Source: Parachlamydiales bacterium (GTDB lineage Bacteria > Chlamydiota > Chlamydiia > Chlamydiales > JAJFMK01). Taken from it: a DNA stretch of 64,000 nt. This document shows positions 49,483-58,518 of this stretch, one piece after another. The stretch spans positions 1,969,285 to 2,033,284 of the forward strand of contig OY969899.1 in NCBI GenBank assembly GCA_963704365.1. Direction: 5' to 3'. The notes below the pieces were generated by a model, which was not told the DNA's origin, did no database searches, and saw only the letters and a program-made list of their open reading frames with translations. How positions within the stretch are numbered: position 1 is the stretch's first letter; each line of letters opens with the position of its first letter. The position numbers and the translations under genes are program-made.

Positions 49483-50452
49483 GATACCATTTGACCGTCC
49501 TTTCTAAACCATCAAGAAATGTAGTGCAAGGGGCCCAATTCAATTCCTGCTTCATTTTGGTTGCGTCGATCGCATAGCGAGCATCATGCCCTGGCCTATC
49601 ATCAACAAAGGAGATGAGCCTGCGGGAAGATCCGGGATAACGTCCAATTTTCTGGTCCACAATCGAGATCAAAAGCTCTACCAATCGGATATTTTCCCAT
49701 TCATTGTCTCCACCCACATTGTAGCTTTCACCCAAACGGCCAAAATGGAATATTTTGTCGATTGCCTCAGCATGGTCGCCAACGTAGAGCCAGTCACGGA
49801 TATTCTTTCCGTTTCCGTAGATCGGGATCGGCTTTTCTTCAATGATCTTTTGAATCACTACCGGTATAAGCTTTTCAGGGTATTGATTAGGGCCATAGTT
49901 ATTGGAACAATTAGAAATAACAACTGGCAAACCATAGGTATGAAAGTAGGCGTTCACAAAATGGTCTGAAGCAGCTTTTGAGGCAGAATAGGGGCTTCGA
50001 GGAGAATAGCGACTCTCTTCCGTAAAAGAACCTTGTGGGCCAAGCGAACCGTACACCTCGTCGGTCGACACATGATGAAATCTGTGTTCTTCACTCAAAT
50101 CCCAAAACAGGCGGCAACAATTCAATAAATGGAGGGTGCCTAAAACATTGGTCTGCAAGAACTCGACTGGACCTTCTATCGAGCGGTCAACATGGGATTC
50201 AGCTGCAAGATGGATTACATCGGTAAAGCGATGCAAATCAAAAAGATCTTCCAACAGATCGACATCGCAAATATCGCCCTCCAAAAAGGTGTAGTTATCT
50301 CTGGAAGCCACCTCTTCCACATTTTCTAAATTGCCTGCGTAGGTTAGCTTATCTAGGTTGAAGATATGATAAGAGGGATATTTTTTAGCAAAAAGGCGGA
50401 CAACATGCGAGCCGATGAAGCCGGCACCCCCGGTAATTAAAATCCTTTTCAT
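49457..50452 (-). CDS. rfbB: dTDP-glucose 4,6-dehydratase
   Basis: ITGGAGFIGS, LDKLTYAGN, AAESHVDRSI, STDEVYG, YSASKA, RDWLYV.DH. Confidence 0.97.
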   Translation of the reverse strand: MKRILITGGAGFIGSHVVRLFAKKYPSYHIFNLDKLTYAGNLENVEEVASRDNYTFLEGDICDVDLLEDLFDLHRFTDVIHLAAESHVDRSIEGPVEFLQTNVLGTLHLLNCCRLFWDLSEEHRFHHVSTDEVYGSLGPQGSFTEESRYSPRSPYSASKAASDHFVNAYFHTYGLPVVISNCSNNYGPNQYPEKLIPVVIQKIIEEKPIPIYGNGKNIRDWLYVGDHAEAIDKIFHFGRLGESYNVGGDNEWENIRLVELLISIVDQKIGRYPGSSRRLISFVDDRPGHDARYAIDATKMKQELNWAPCTTFLDGLERTVKWYLDHVFTPV

Positions 50453-51297
50453 TTCAAATACTCCTCTAGGGCTTCCTCCCAAGAAGAAAGGGGCAGCGTG
50501 TTTTTGATTTTTTCGTTTGAAAGAACCGAATAGGAAGGTCTTCGTATCTTAGATGGAAAAACTTCTTGTGAAACTGGCTCAATCCTATCTGCAAAACCAA
50601 GCCTTTCCCCAATCGCGCGGGCAAAGGCATACCAACTGGCTTCCCCCCCATTCACAGCATGGTAGAGGCCAGGTTCTGGCCGCTCTCTTAACAGGCTTAA
50701 CATCAAACGAGCTAAGGAAACCGTGGAGGTGGGGCTCATCCAAATGTCCGAAATGACCTTGATTGGTTCACTTCCCATCCCTTTTTTTATCATCGCCTCG
50801 ACAAAATTACCCCTTTTTTCTCTAGATCCATTTTTTCCATAGAGGGAAGCCGTACGGAGCACATAGGCACCAGGACATTGTGAGAGAGCATAGGCCTCTC
50901 CAAGTGCTTTGGAGGCCCCATATACGGAAAGGGGAGCAGGAAGATCGGTCTCAAGGTAGGGGGTTCTCTTTTTTCCATCGAAGACAAAGTCTGTGCTCAC
51001 ATGGACAAAGGGCACTTTTTTTCGATCAGCGCTTTTGGCCATGACCCCCACTGCATGCCCATTCACTGTGTAGGCAATCGAGGGTTCTTCCTCGGCTTTT
51101 TCAGTTTTATTGTAAGCTGCCACATTGACAATAGCTTCAAAAGGGGTTTCTTCCAGTTTTCTTTCAAGCTCTTTCAAATCGAGGAGGTTGATCTCTTCAC
51201 TTGTCCATGGGAGAAACATCTCCTTGCCTAAAGACATTAAGTCGGACCCTAATTGTCCACGTGCTCCAATTAACAGGATCGGCATGTTTGACTCCAT
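50449..51297 (-). CDS. rfbD: dTDP-4-dehydrorhamnose reductase
   Basis: GARGQLG, STDFVFDG, YGASKALGE, RP.YSVL. Confidence 0.93.
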   Translation of the reverse strand: MESNMPILLIGARGQLGSDLMSLGKEMFLPWTSEEINLLDLKELERKLEETPFEAIVNVAAYNKTEKAEEEPSIAYTVNGHAVGVMAKSADRKKVPFVHVSTDFVFDGKKRTPYLETDLPAPLSVYGASKALGEAYALSQCPGAYVLRTASLYGKNGSREKRGNFVEAMIKKGMGSEPIKVISDIWMSPTSTVSLARLMLSLLRERPEPGLYHAVNGGEASWYAFARAIGERLGFADRIEPVSQEVFPSKIRRPSYSVLSNEKIKNTLPLSSWEEALEEYLK

Positions 51298-51818
51298 AAG
51301 GGGAGAACTTTATCTTTTTCAGAAAGAAGCGGAGAAAATGGGGGCCAATCGATAGCAAGCGTAGGATCGTCCCATCTCACCCCATCCTCGTGAGCTTTAG
51401 AATAAGGCTTTGAAACCTTGTACAGCACTTCAGTTTCATCCTCTAGTGTCATAAATCCATGCAAAAATCCGGCTGGAACAAAAAGCTGAAGATCGCAATC
51501 GAGCGTAAAAGACTCCCACCGTCCAAAGGTCGCCGAATCTTTTCTAACGTCGACGACTACATCGAAAATCTTCCCTTTTAACACTCGAACAAGCTTAGCC
51601 TGTTCAAAAGGAGGCACTTGCAAATGTAACCCTCTGACTGTCCCTCGAAATTTTGAGTGGCTGTGGTTATCTTGGACAAAAGAGGGAGTTATACCTGCAT
51701 TTTTCCAACGTTCTTCTTGATAAGTCTCTGAAAAGAAACCTCTTTCATCAAAAAACTTTTTCGGTCTAAGAAGAAGGGGACCGACTAACCCTTTTCTTTC
51801 GGTAGTTAACATAAGCAA
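51270..51818 (-). CDS. rfbC: dTDP-4-dehydrorhamnose 3,5-epimerase
   Basis: DERGFF.E, FVQDNHS, RGLH.Q, QAKLVRV..G.IFDV.VD.R, GF.HGF. Confidence 0.95.
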   Translation of the reverse strand: MLMLTTERKGLVGPLLLRPKKFFDERGFFSETYQEERWKNAGITPSFVQDNHSHSKFRGTVRGLHLQVPPFEQAKLVRVLKGKIFDVVVDVRKDSATFGRWESFTLDCDLQLFVPAGFLHGFMTLEDETEVLYKVSKPYSKAHEDGVRWDDPTLAIDWPPFSPLLSEKDKVLPLWSQTCRSC

Positions 51819-51841
51819 AAGGATGGTATCACAAAAAACAT

Positions 51842-53089
51842 ATGGTGAAGAGAGAGATCAAGGTTGATACTCTAACTATTTTGCAGGAGACTCCTCGCGA
51901 GAAAGACGAGGATAGGAAGCGGCTGCTCCAATTTCAGGAAAAATGTCTCCTAGCAAAGTTCCCGACCCAATTCCCCACCCTTTACTTTGCTAAAATATTT
52001 TATCCTTCCGAAAAGATTGATGGCGATTTCTTTGATTTGGTTGTCCATGACCCTGAAAGAGTCGACATCATCATGGGAGATGCAAGCGGCAAGGGGCAAG
52101 AAGGGATCATCCTGTCACTTCACATCAGAGAGGCCATCCCCAGGGAAAACCTCTACACCGATACAGACCGTCTGCTAAAGAAGGAACTTCCCTCGCCAAT
52201 TGAGATTGTCGAATTGATCGAAGAAAAAAGTTCTAGGGAATTATCTGAACAGGACAGTCTCGCCTTCCTGACCTATCTCCGGATTGACCTGTCAAAGAAA
52301 AAATTTCTTCTTTTAACAAGGGGGTCGCCTCCCATTATCCACCAACGTAAATCTGGCGAACTCTTTCTTCTTCAGACAGAACACCCTCCTCTTCCTTCCC
52401 CTGTCAGGGTGAAAGAAAAAGAGGAAGAGGGAGAACTAGCGGCCGGAGACCGAATCTTCATTTTTTCTGACGGGGTCCTTTCGTTGGTCAATGAAAGAGG
52501 GGAACCTTTTGATATTGATAGGATCGCTAAGATTGCTGAAGAAAAAAGACACGAATCTTTTGATCAACTTATCCTGGAAATTGATAACAGAATCAAGCAG
52601 TTCATCCGGTCAGATATTAAAAATGACCTTCTTTTTATAGGGATTGAAGTCCTTGGTGAGGGCGAGGCCATTGAACGGATAGGGAAGATAGAGGAAGGGA
52701 TTGTTTCTTTCGATGAGATTTATAAAATAGAGCAAGAGATTCAAACCTGGTTAGCCGCTGAAAAAAGGTTTAACTGGTCTGCCAAAGATCTATTTCAGCT
52801 AAAATTGGCAACACATGAGCTAACCTTAGAATTATTAACGATGCTGAAGGAAAAAGGGTTAGAAACAAAATTAAAGGTTGAGAAGGGGGAAATTGAAGGT
52901 GGGATTGTTCTCACCTTTGTCTACCAGGGGCCCCCTTTTCACCCACAAGAGATCAAAAAACAGACAGACTTTGGATTTGCCCTCTCGGTCATTCAAAAAA
53001 ACGTCCAATCGATCAAATATGGGGAGCGGGAAGGGGGCATGTCTTTCGTTGAACTGACTAAGCTTCAGAAAGCACCTGAAAACTATTAA
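51842..53089 (+). CDS. PP2C/SpoIIE-family (RsbU-like) phosphatase with a degenerate C-terminal anti-sigma (HATPase_c-like) domain
   Basis: GDFFD, MGDASGKG, FSDGV, NDL; C-terminal LKLATHEL..YQGPPF..FGFAL..I....I.Y. Confidence 0.8.
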   Translation: MVKREIKVDTLTILQETPREKDEDRKRLLQFQEKCLLAKFPTQFPTLYFAKIFYPSEKIDGDFFDLVVHDPERVDIIMGDASGKGQEGIILSLHIREAIPRENLYTDTDRLLKKELPSPIEIVELIEEKSSRELSEQDSLAFLTYLRIDLSKKKFLLLTRGSPPIIHQRKSGELFLLQTEHPPLPSPVRVKEKEEEGELAAGDRIFIFSDGVLSLVNERGEPFDIDRIAKIAEEKRHESFDQLILEIDNRIKQFIRSDIKNDLLFIGIEVLGEGEAIERIGKIEEGIVSFDEIYKIEQEIQTWLAAEKRFNWSAKDLFQLKLATHELTLELLTMLKEKGLETKLKVEKGEIEGGIVLTFVYQGPPFHPQEIKKQTDFGFALSVIQKNVQSIKYGEREGGMSFVELTKLQKAPENY

Positions 53090-53121
53090 ACAATTTTGAA
53101 ACATGATATGGCTAGGATCAT

Positions 53122-53460
53122 ATGGCCATCACCTCAGAAGAGCTAGGACCTGCACTAGTGGTTCACCTACATGAAAAGTATATCGACGCATTGAACGCTC
53201 CTACCGTAAAAGGGGAAATTGTATCTCTGATCAAGCCTGGCGCTAAAGTCATACTAGATCTAGGCGAAGTGGAATTCCTAGACAGTTCAGGGATGGGTGT
53301 TATCTTAAGCATTGTTCGGGAACTTGCTGCCTCAGGGGGCACATTAAAGCTGGCAAATGTCAAAAAACCGGTCAGAACGTTGTTTGAGTTGGTCCGATTT
53401 CACAGAATACTGGAGATTTTCGATACGCTAGATACAGCTGTCAAATCCTATGCAACCTAA
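53122..53460 (+). CDS. STAS anti-sigma factor antagonist
   Basis: LDLGEVEFLDSSGMG, VRTLFEL. Confidence 0.9.
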   Translation: MAITSEELGPALVVHLHEKYIDALNAPTVKGEIVSLIKPGAKVILDLGEVEFLDSSGMGVILSIVRELAASGGTLKLANVKKPVRTLFELVRFHRILEIFDTLDTAVKSYAT

Positions 53461-53480
53461 CAAGATTTTAAAAGAACTGG

Positions 53481-55034
53481 TTATTTGGGAGAGTCTTGTA
53501 TTGTGTAGAGAGGGATGCCGAGCTTGTTAAACAGGGGACGGTGCTCTTGGCCAATGTTGTGGATCTCCACATCAATGCCGTCAGATTCCCACCGCTCTTG
53601 GCACTCTTTGATGGCTAATGCGCCACTTGAGTCGTAAAGTGTAACCCTCTCACAGTTGATGTGCAGCTTCTGACACTCTTTAGGCAACCTAACCCGTTTT
53701 AAATCTTCCCCGACAGAAAAAAAGAGAGGTCCATGGATTGTAAGCGCATGGTGGTCACTTTCTTCGGTTAGATGGATTTTCGATACTTTGCCCAACTTTC
53801 TCACCAGCATCAGCGCTGATAATACAATGCCTACTTCAACAGCTAAAACAAGGTCGACCAATACTGTGAGCCCCATGGTGATAAATAAAATGGCACCATC
53901 TGTTTTGTGGGCCCGCGCAATTTTCACAAGATGGGGGAATTCCCCCATATTCCATGCAACAAACACCAGAATGCCTGCCAGGACGGCTAGTGGTATTTTC
54001 CCTGCAAGCGGAGCTAGGAAAAGGACCGCAAGAAAAAGTGTCAGTGCATGGATCATCCCGGCCAATGGAGTTTTTGCACCCAGACGAATATTGGCTGAAG
54101 TTCTCGCGATCGCCCCTGTTGCTGGAATCCCCCCAAAAAATGAGGAGAAGATGTTCGCTACCCCTTGTCCAAACAGCTCAGCATTCGAACGGTGGTGAAA
54201 ACGGGTCATCCGATCGGCAATAGCAGCTGAAAGAAGAGATTCGATCCCTCCCAGAAGGGCCAATGCCACCCCATCAGGAAAAAGCTCTACAATTTTCGCC
54301 CAGCTGATAGGAGGAATAGTCAAAGGGGGAATCGGCGAAGGGATCACCCCATACCTCCCCTCTATTGTCTCGAGCGGAAGCGAGAAAAGATAGGCCACAA
54401 GGGTTGCTATCACCAGGGCAACAATCGCCCCTGGAAGCTTAGGAAATCGTTTCTTCAAGAAAAACAGAAAGCCGGTTGTTGAAAGGCCAAAAAAGGCCGC
54501 CCAGGGGCTCATCCCATGGACCTCCTGGCAAAAGACGGTGCATTTGTCTAAAAACTCTGGAGGTAAACCAACCTGAAGTCCGAAAAAATCTCGGAGCTGA
54601 GAGCCCAAGATGACGATGGCGATCCCAGCGGTAAACCCTGCAATGACCGGTTGAGGGATGTACTTCATCACCTTGCCGAACTTGCACACCCCCATCAAGC
54701 AGAGGATAACCCCCGAAATAAGTGTCGCAATTTGCAGCCCTTCTATCCCATGTTTTGTGACAGTCGCAAGAACAAGAAGAACATAGGCGCCAGTCGGCCC
54801 CCCGATCTGGAAGCGGCTACCCCCTAAAAGGGAGATCAGAAACCCAGCAACAAGAACTGTGTAAAGACCCTTCTCGGGAGAAACCCCGGAGGCAATGGCA
54901 AAAGCTAAGGCAAGAGGGAGCGCAATGATACCGACGCTGACGCCAGCAAGAAGATCGGAAAAAAAACTTTTCCTCATCTCCCCTCGAGTCAACCAACTGA
55001 CTGGTGTTAAATCGCTAAAGAGTCTCTTCCACAC
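53481..55034 (-). CDS. SulP family anion permease with STAS domain
   Basis: DLLAG.SVGIIALPLALAFAIASG, QIGGPTGA, IESLLSA, GIPATGAIART, GPLFF. Confidence 0.93.
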   Translation of the reverse strand: MWKRLFSDLTPVSWLTRGEMRKSFFSDLLAGVSVGIIALPLALAFAIASGVSPEKGLYTVLVAGFLISLLGGSRFQIGGPTGAYVLLVLATVTKHGIEGLQIATLISGVILCLMGVCKFGKVMKYIPQPVIAGFTAGIAIVILGSQLRDFFGLQVGLPPEFLDKCTVFCQEVHGMSPWAAFFGLSTTGFLFFLKKRFPKLPGAIVALVIATLVAYLFSLPLETIEGRYGVIPSPIPPLTIPPISWAKIVELFPDGVALALLGGIESLLSAAIADRMTRFHHRSNAELFGQGVANIFSSFFGGIPATGAIARTSANIRLGAKTPLAGMIHALTLFLAVLFLAPLAGKIPLAVLAGILVFVAWNMGEFPHLVKIARAHKTDGAILFITMGLTVLVDLVLAVEVGIVLSALMLVRKLGKVSKIHLTEESDHHALTIHGPLFFSVGEDLKRVRLPKECQKLHINCERVTLYDSSGALAIKECQERWESDGIDVEIHNIGQEHRPLFNKLGIPLYTIQDSPK

Positions 55035-55150
55035 AGCTTTCCCATGAAAAACTTTAGTATACTCCGACTGGGAAAAATTTGGAAGGAACAGGCATTAAGT
55101 TAGTTGTAAGTGATTGTGATGAACTGATCACATTGATTTCTGAGAGAACG

Positions 55151-55879
55151 CTAAATTCTAAGCGGGGAAAAATACCTTAGCTCATCTTTAACCTTCGCCA
55201 AAAGTGCAGCATCCGGAGTTCCATCCACCGGACGGCCCAAGCTTTCCTTCAACTCATTAAGCTGCTCCTTGCAGAATAAGACATCAGTTGTAGGGATCTG
55301 TGCCGGTAAGCCTCCTGGGAGCAGAGCGCCAATGACGCTCTCTTTATAACTACTAAAATATTTATTACCAATAATCTGATTAAAAGTACTCTCCCTCGCA
55401 TTTGTTGCCACATGTGCTATTTCACTACTTGCCACATGATCAACTTTTGTAATAAAAACGGCTAAAGCTCCAGGATTGCTTTTAAAAGTAGGGGAAGGAG
55501 TGCCGGCTGTAGCAAAATCGACAAGTTTTGCAAGAACCTTAGATCTTCCTCTTAACCGCTCAAGGAAATCTGGGGTACTTTCTTGCCTAAAGCCTTCCAT
55601 GCGAGGAGTTTTTGGGAAAAAAAGTCGAAACATAAAGGATCCAGAATTAATTTTTTCTGAAACAGGCGCCTTATTATCAGAATCAGTTTCTGATTTAACT
55701 GTGTGCCCTGGGCTTGTAGCATCACCATGTGGCGCTTGTAAATTATGAGAAGGTGCAGCATATGAAGGCGCACTATAAGGAGGTGAAGGTTCTCCAGTAG
55801 CAGGTTTATAAGGAGCTGGCTCATGACCGCCCGTTACATAGGAACGCTCTCCTCCTGAAGGCACTTGTAATGAACACAT
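55151..55879 (-). CDS. Hypothetical protein with a Pro/Ser-rich N-terminus (effector-like)
   Basis: ATG 55879 with a GGAGG RBS; low-complexity N-terminus including SPPYSAPSY. Confidence 0.65.
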   Translation of the reverse strand: MCSLQVPSGGERSYVTGGHEPAPYKPATGEPSPPYSAPSYAAPSHNLQAPHGDATSPGHTVKSETDSDNKAPVSEKINSGSFMFRLFFPKTPRMEGFRQESTPDFLERLRGRSKVLAKLVDFATAGTPSPTFKSNPGALAVFITKVDHVASSEIAHVATNARESTFNQIIGNKYFSSYKESVIGALLPGGLPAQIPTTDVLFCKEQLNELKESLGRPVDGTPDAALLAKVKDELRYFSPLRI

Positions 55880-55969
55880 AAACCCTCCTCTTCGCTTTTG
55901 ATTTAAAATTAGCACCGGCTTGTTTTTCTTTTATTAAGAATAGGCTAGAAGAAAGGATGAGGGGACTTC

Positions 55970-57217
55970 ATGGCCAAATCTAATAAAGCCGAGAAAGCCA
56001 AAGAGTTGTGGGAAGGCCTTCCATTAATAGAAGCTAACAATTGGCTAACTCGTTCATTTTTTGGCACTTTTTGTTCCAAATTGGAGGATGGGATCTATGT
56101 TCAACGTTGGAATAGAGATATCATTGAAATTGTCGAAAAGTATGAACAAAGTGGTCTCAATCTAAAAGAATTTCAGAAAAAGCTTCTCAGAAGAAGAGGG
56201 GAAAAACTCCCTTTGGGAATAAAAATATCAGCCCTTAAAACCTTAAGCGAAGGGGAAGGGGTGGTCGATGAGTGGATCGTAGCTAAAAAGATCTATCCCA
56301 CCCGTTCAGTCCTGGTATTCAAAAAAAGCAAACGGCTGTTGCTTCTACAAGACGGAAAATACGAGGAGGGACCAGCTAAAATAGAAGAAAAGGGGAAATT
56401 TGTCCTTTGGAAACAGGCAAACAATAGTTTGAGGGCCATTTTTAGCAAAGAAACTCCTCTAGGCCTCTTGCCCCCCACCACAGAGGTGTCTGATCACGAG
56501 GCTCTTGTGATAGAACCCTCATTAAAAGTCCGAAGGGAGGCTTACAAGGGTCGAGGCCCCTTAAAAATAGTTCAAGGATTTATCCCTTTATTTAAAGGGG
56601 TAGAAACATTGCAAAAATGGGGCTCAACTCACCTATCCATTGATATCGACCGGATGGTGGTCGTAGAAGGAAACCCTCTTATTTTTCAGCTAATGCCGCA
56701 AGATGGGATGTTCAATTTACCCTCTAAACTTGATGTCAACGACCCCCGTTTCGAAAAAATCCGCCCTATTCTGGTAACGAAATTAGAAACTTCTTACCTC
56801 ATTGAGCCTAGAACCACCCCTCTTGGGGAAAGAGAAACTCTCGAAAAACAATGGATCGAGCTTATCGAAGCTATCAAATCGCCCCCTTATCCAGATATGG
56901 GGATAAAATTAGAGCAGTTAAAGGGGACAATCAAACGGATTCAGAATTTTCAGATCGCCATTGCCTTCTTTGAAGCGCTCACAGGAGTGCCCTTTGAAGA
57001 ATGTTTAAGCATCATCTCTCCTGAAGGGATCCTACGTAGGCATATCAAATGGGAAAACATGCAGAGAGCAGTTTATAGCCTTTCCACCCTATCAACCGAC
57101 TCGTCCGCTTCAATTGTTGAGTGGTTAGGAAAACTCATGATGCGAGATAGCAGGTTTACCCTAACCCTTCCTGAAGCTAGGGCTTTTCTCGAAAAGATCC
57201 GCGGCGACAAGGCTTAA
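55970..57217 (+). CDS. Probable Ser/Thr protein-kinase-fold pseudokinase
   Basis: GVETLQKWGSTHLSIDIDRMVV resembles subdomain VIa/b, IAFFEALTGVPF resembles IX, and WLGKLMMRDSRFTLTLPEA resembles XI. Confidence 0.55.
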   Translation: MAKSNKAEKAKELWEGLPLIEANNWLTRSFFGTFCSKLEDGIYVQRWNRDIIEIVEKYEQSGLNLKEFQKKLLRRRGEKLPLGIKISALKTLSEGEGVVDEWIVAKKIYPTRSVLVFKKSKRLLLLQDGKYEEGPAKIEEKGKFVLWKQANNSLRAIFSKETPLGLLPPTTEVSDHEALVIEPSLKVRREAYKGRGPLKIVQGFIPLFKGVETLQKWGSTHLSIDIDRMVVVEGNPLIFQLMPQDGMFNLPSKLDVNDPRFEKIRPILVTKLETSYLIEPRTTPLGERETLEKQWIELIEAIKSPPYPDMGIKLEQLKGTIKRIQNFQIAIAFFEALTGVPFEECLSIISPEGILRRHIKWENMQRAVYSLSTLSTDSSASIVEWLGKLMMRDSRFTLTLPEARAFLEKIRGDKA

Positions 57218-57233
57218 TACCAATCGTAATAAA

Positions 57234-57407
57234 CTATTTATCACACTGGCAATCGGGATCTTGATCTTTTGAACAGGGGCAACCTTTGTCAGGTCCATAA
57301 GCTCCCCCACGCCCCCAATCAAGCCCAAAATAGTTTCGATCGTATAAAGAGGGACCTGCCTCTATAAAACTGGCAGCAAGTAAAAGCAGAAACAGTATCT
57401 TTTTCAT
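57234..57407 (-). CDS. Small secreted Cys-containing peptide (57 aa)
   Basis: Signal peptide MKKILFLLLLAASFIEA; C-terminal CPC..CQC; GAAGGTG RBS-like sequence upstream. Confidence 0.65.
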   Translation of the reverse strand: MKKILFLLLLAASFIEAGPSLYDRNYFGLDWGRGGAYGPDKGCPCSKDQDPDCQCDK

Positions 57408-57554
57408 AGGATCACCTTCTGTTTTGAACAAAAACAGAAGGTAAACATAAATTCAATACTTCATTTCTAAAGTCAAGAAGCTTTACATCTCATGCCTAAG
57501 AGCCATGAAATAGAGAGCTACCACTATCCGCAGGTGTTAGTTGGCTAATTGTAG

Positions 57555-57839
57555 TCATAGTGCTCTCTTTTGCTGTGCTTGTAACTGTGATCGAAGTTCT
57601 ACGACGATTTGGCGCAATTCAGAAACTACTGTCTCTAAATTGGATACTCTTTCGGTTAGCTTCTGGATAGTTTCATCGATCGGGGTGATCCTTCCAGTGA
57701 GATCGTGTTGTGAAGAGGTTGGTTGGACTTGGGGCGGAGAGAACAGATCTTGAATCGATTCTTGGCTAGAACTTGTTTGAAAAACTTGTGTAGTAGGTGG
57801 AATACCTTGTTGTGGACCATTGCCTACAGATGTTGCCAT
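57555..57839 (-). CDS. Small Gln/Ser/Thr-rich protein with a C-terminal coiled coil (effector-like)
   Basis: 94-aa ORF; AGGA RBS; leucine heptads. Confidence 0.6.
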   Translation of the reverse strand: MATSVGNGPQQGIPPTTQVFQTSSSQESIQDLFSPPQVQPTSSQHDLTGRITPIDETIQKLTERVSNLETVVSELRQIVVELRSQLQAQQKRAL

Positions 57840-57992
57840 AATTTTTCCTGATTTTTTTTAGAAACATTTTATCTTCTTGATTTTACGACAGCAACACAAG
57901 AATAGGGGGGAAATTTCATCCAGAAACAATAGTCTTGCATATTAAGTTTACAGATGTGTTTAGCTAATAAAAAAAATAACAGGGTAGATAGG

Positions 57993-58314
57993 CATACGCA
58001 TCAACCTAAGCCTAGAGGTAGATGCTAAGCTAATTAACCACAAATAGATGGAATAAAAAAAGAGTAGAATATCAGAGTCGATTATTCTAGAAGGGGCAAT
58101 TCAAAATCCTCTCTCTGTGCTCTCTGTGAGCTCTGTGGTAAAAAATATAAAGAAGATCACCACAGAGCTCACGGAGAGCACAGAGAGTAATCTTGGGCCT
58201 TTCTTCGAAGATTTAAGCCGTTTTTGACTAAATTGATTTCTAAACGTTTCTTTGTAAGTAATTTGCTTTTAACAGATTGTTGAGAAATTGGTGTTCCTTA
58301 AGTTGATGCGTATG
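57993..58314 (-). mobile_element. 322-bp IS231-type MITE, copy 2, with an 11-bp target-site duplication
   Basis: Ends CATACGCATCAACCTAAG / CTTAAGTTGATGCGTATG; direct repeat GGGTAGATAGG at 57982-57992 and 58315-58325; about 4 differences from copy 1. Confidence 0.92.
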
Positions 58315-58452
58315 GGGTAGATAGGATTGAAAAGGATAGCCTTCGGGAATACAACAGAATCGTGCTGCCTGGTCCACGTCTACTGATACTATGGTATTGC
58401 CCTGAAACAGGCCCGAAGGGCGAAGCCCCGGTTCAAGATTGTAAAATACATT

Positions 58453-58474
58453 TGGCAGCCTGTACTGGCTGCCA
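58453..58474. terminator. Hairpin terminator downstream of the 58519-58992 gene
   Basis: tggcagcc-tgtact-ggctgcca flanked by A/T-rich sequence. Confidence 0.55.
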
Positions 58475-58518
58475 TTTATTGTTTGCAGTTTTAACTAAGT
58501 GCTTCACTTACTTTCCTG

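Noticed and set aside
3250-58190. CRISPR array interpretation of the ctctgtg/cacagag repeats
   Set aside because: The copies are dispersed palindromes, not regularly spaced direct repeats with unique spacers, and there are no cas genes.
35140-58314. Composite transposon, or an already inverted 22.5-kb segment between the two MITEs
   Set aside because: Copy 2 keeps its own intact TSD on both sides and the outer flanks share no direct repeat, so the insertions look independent. The enclosed genes are largely housekeeping.
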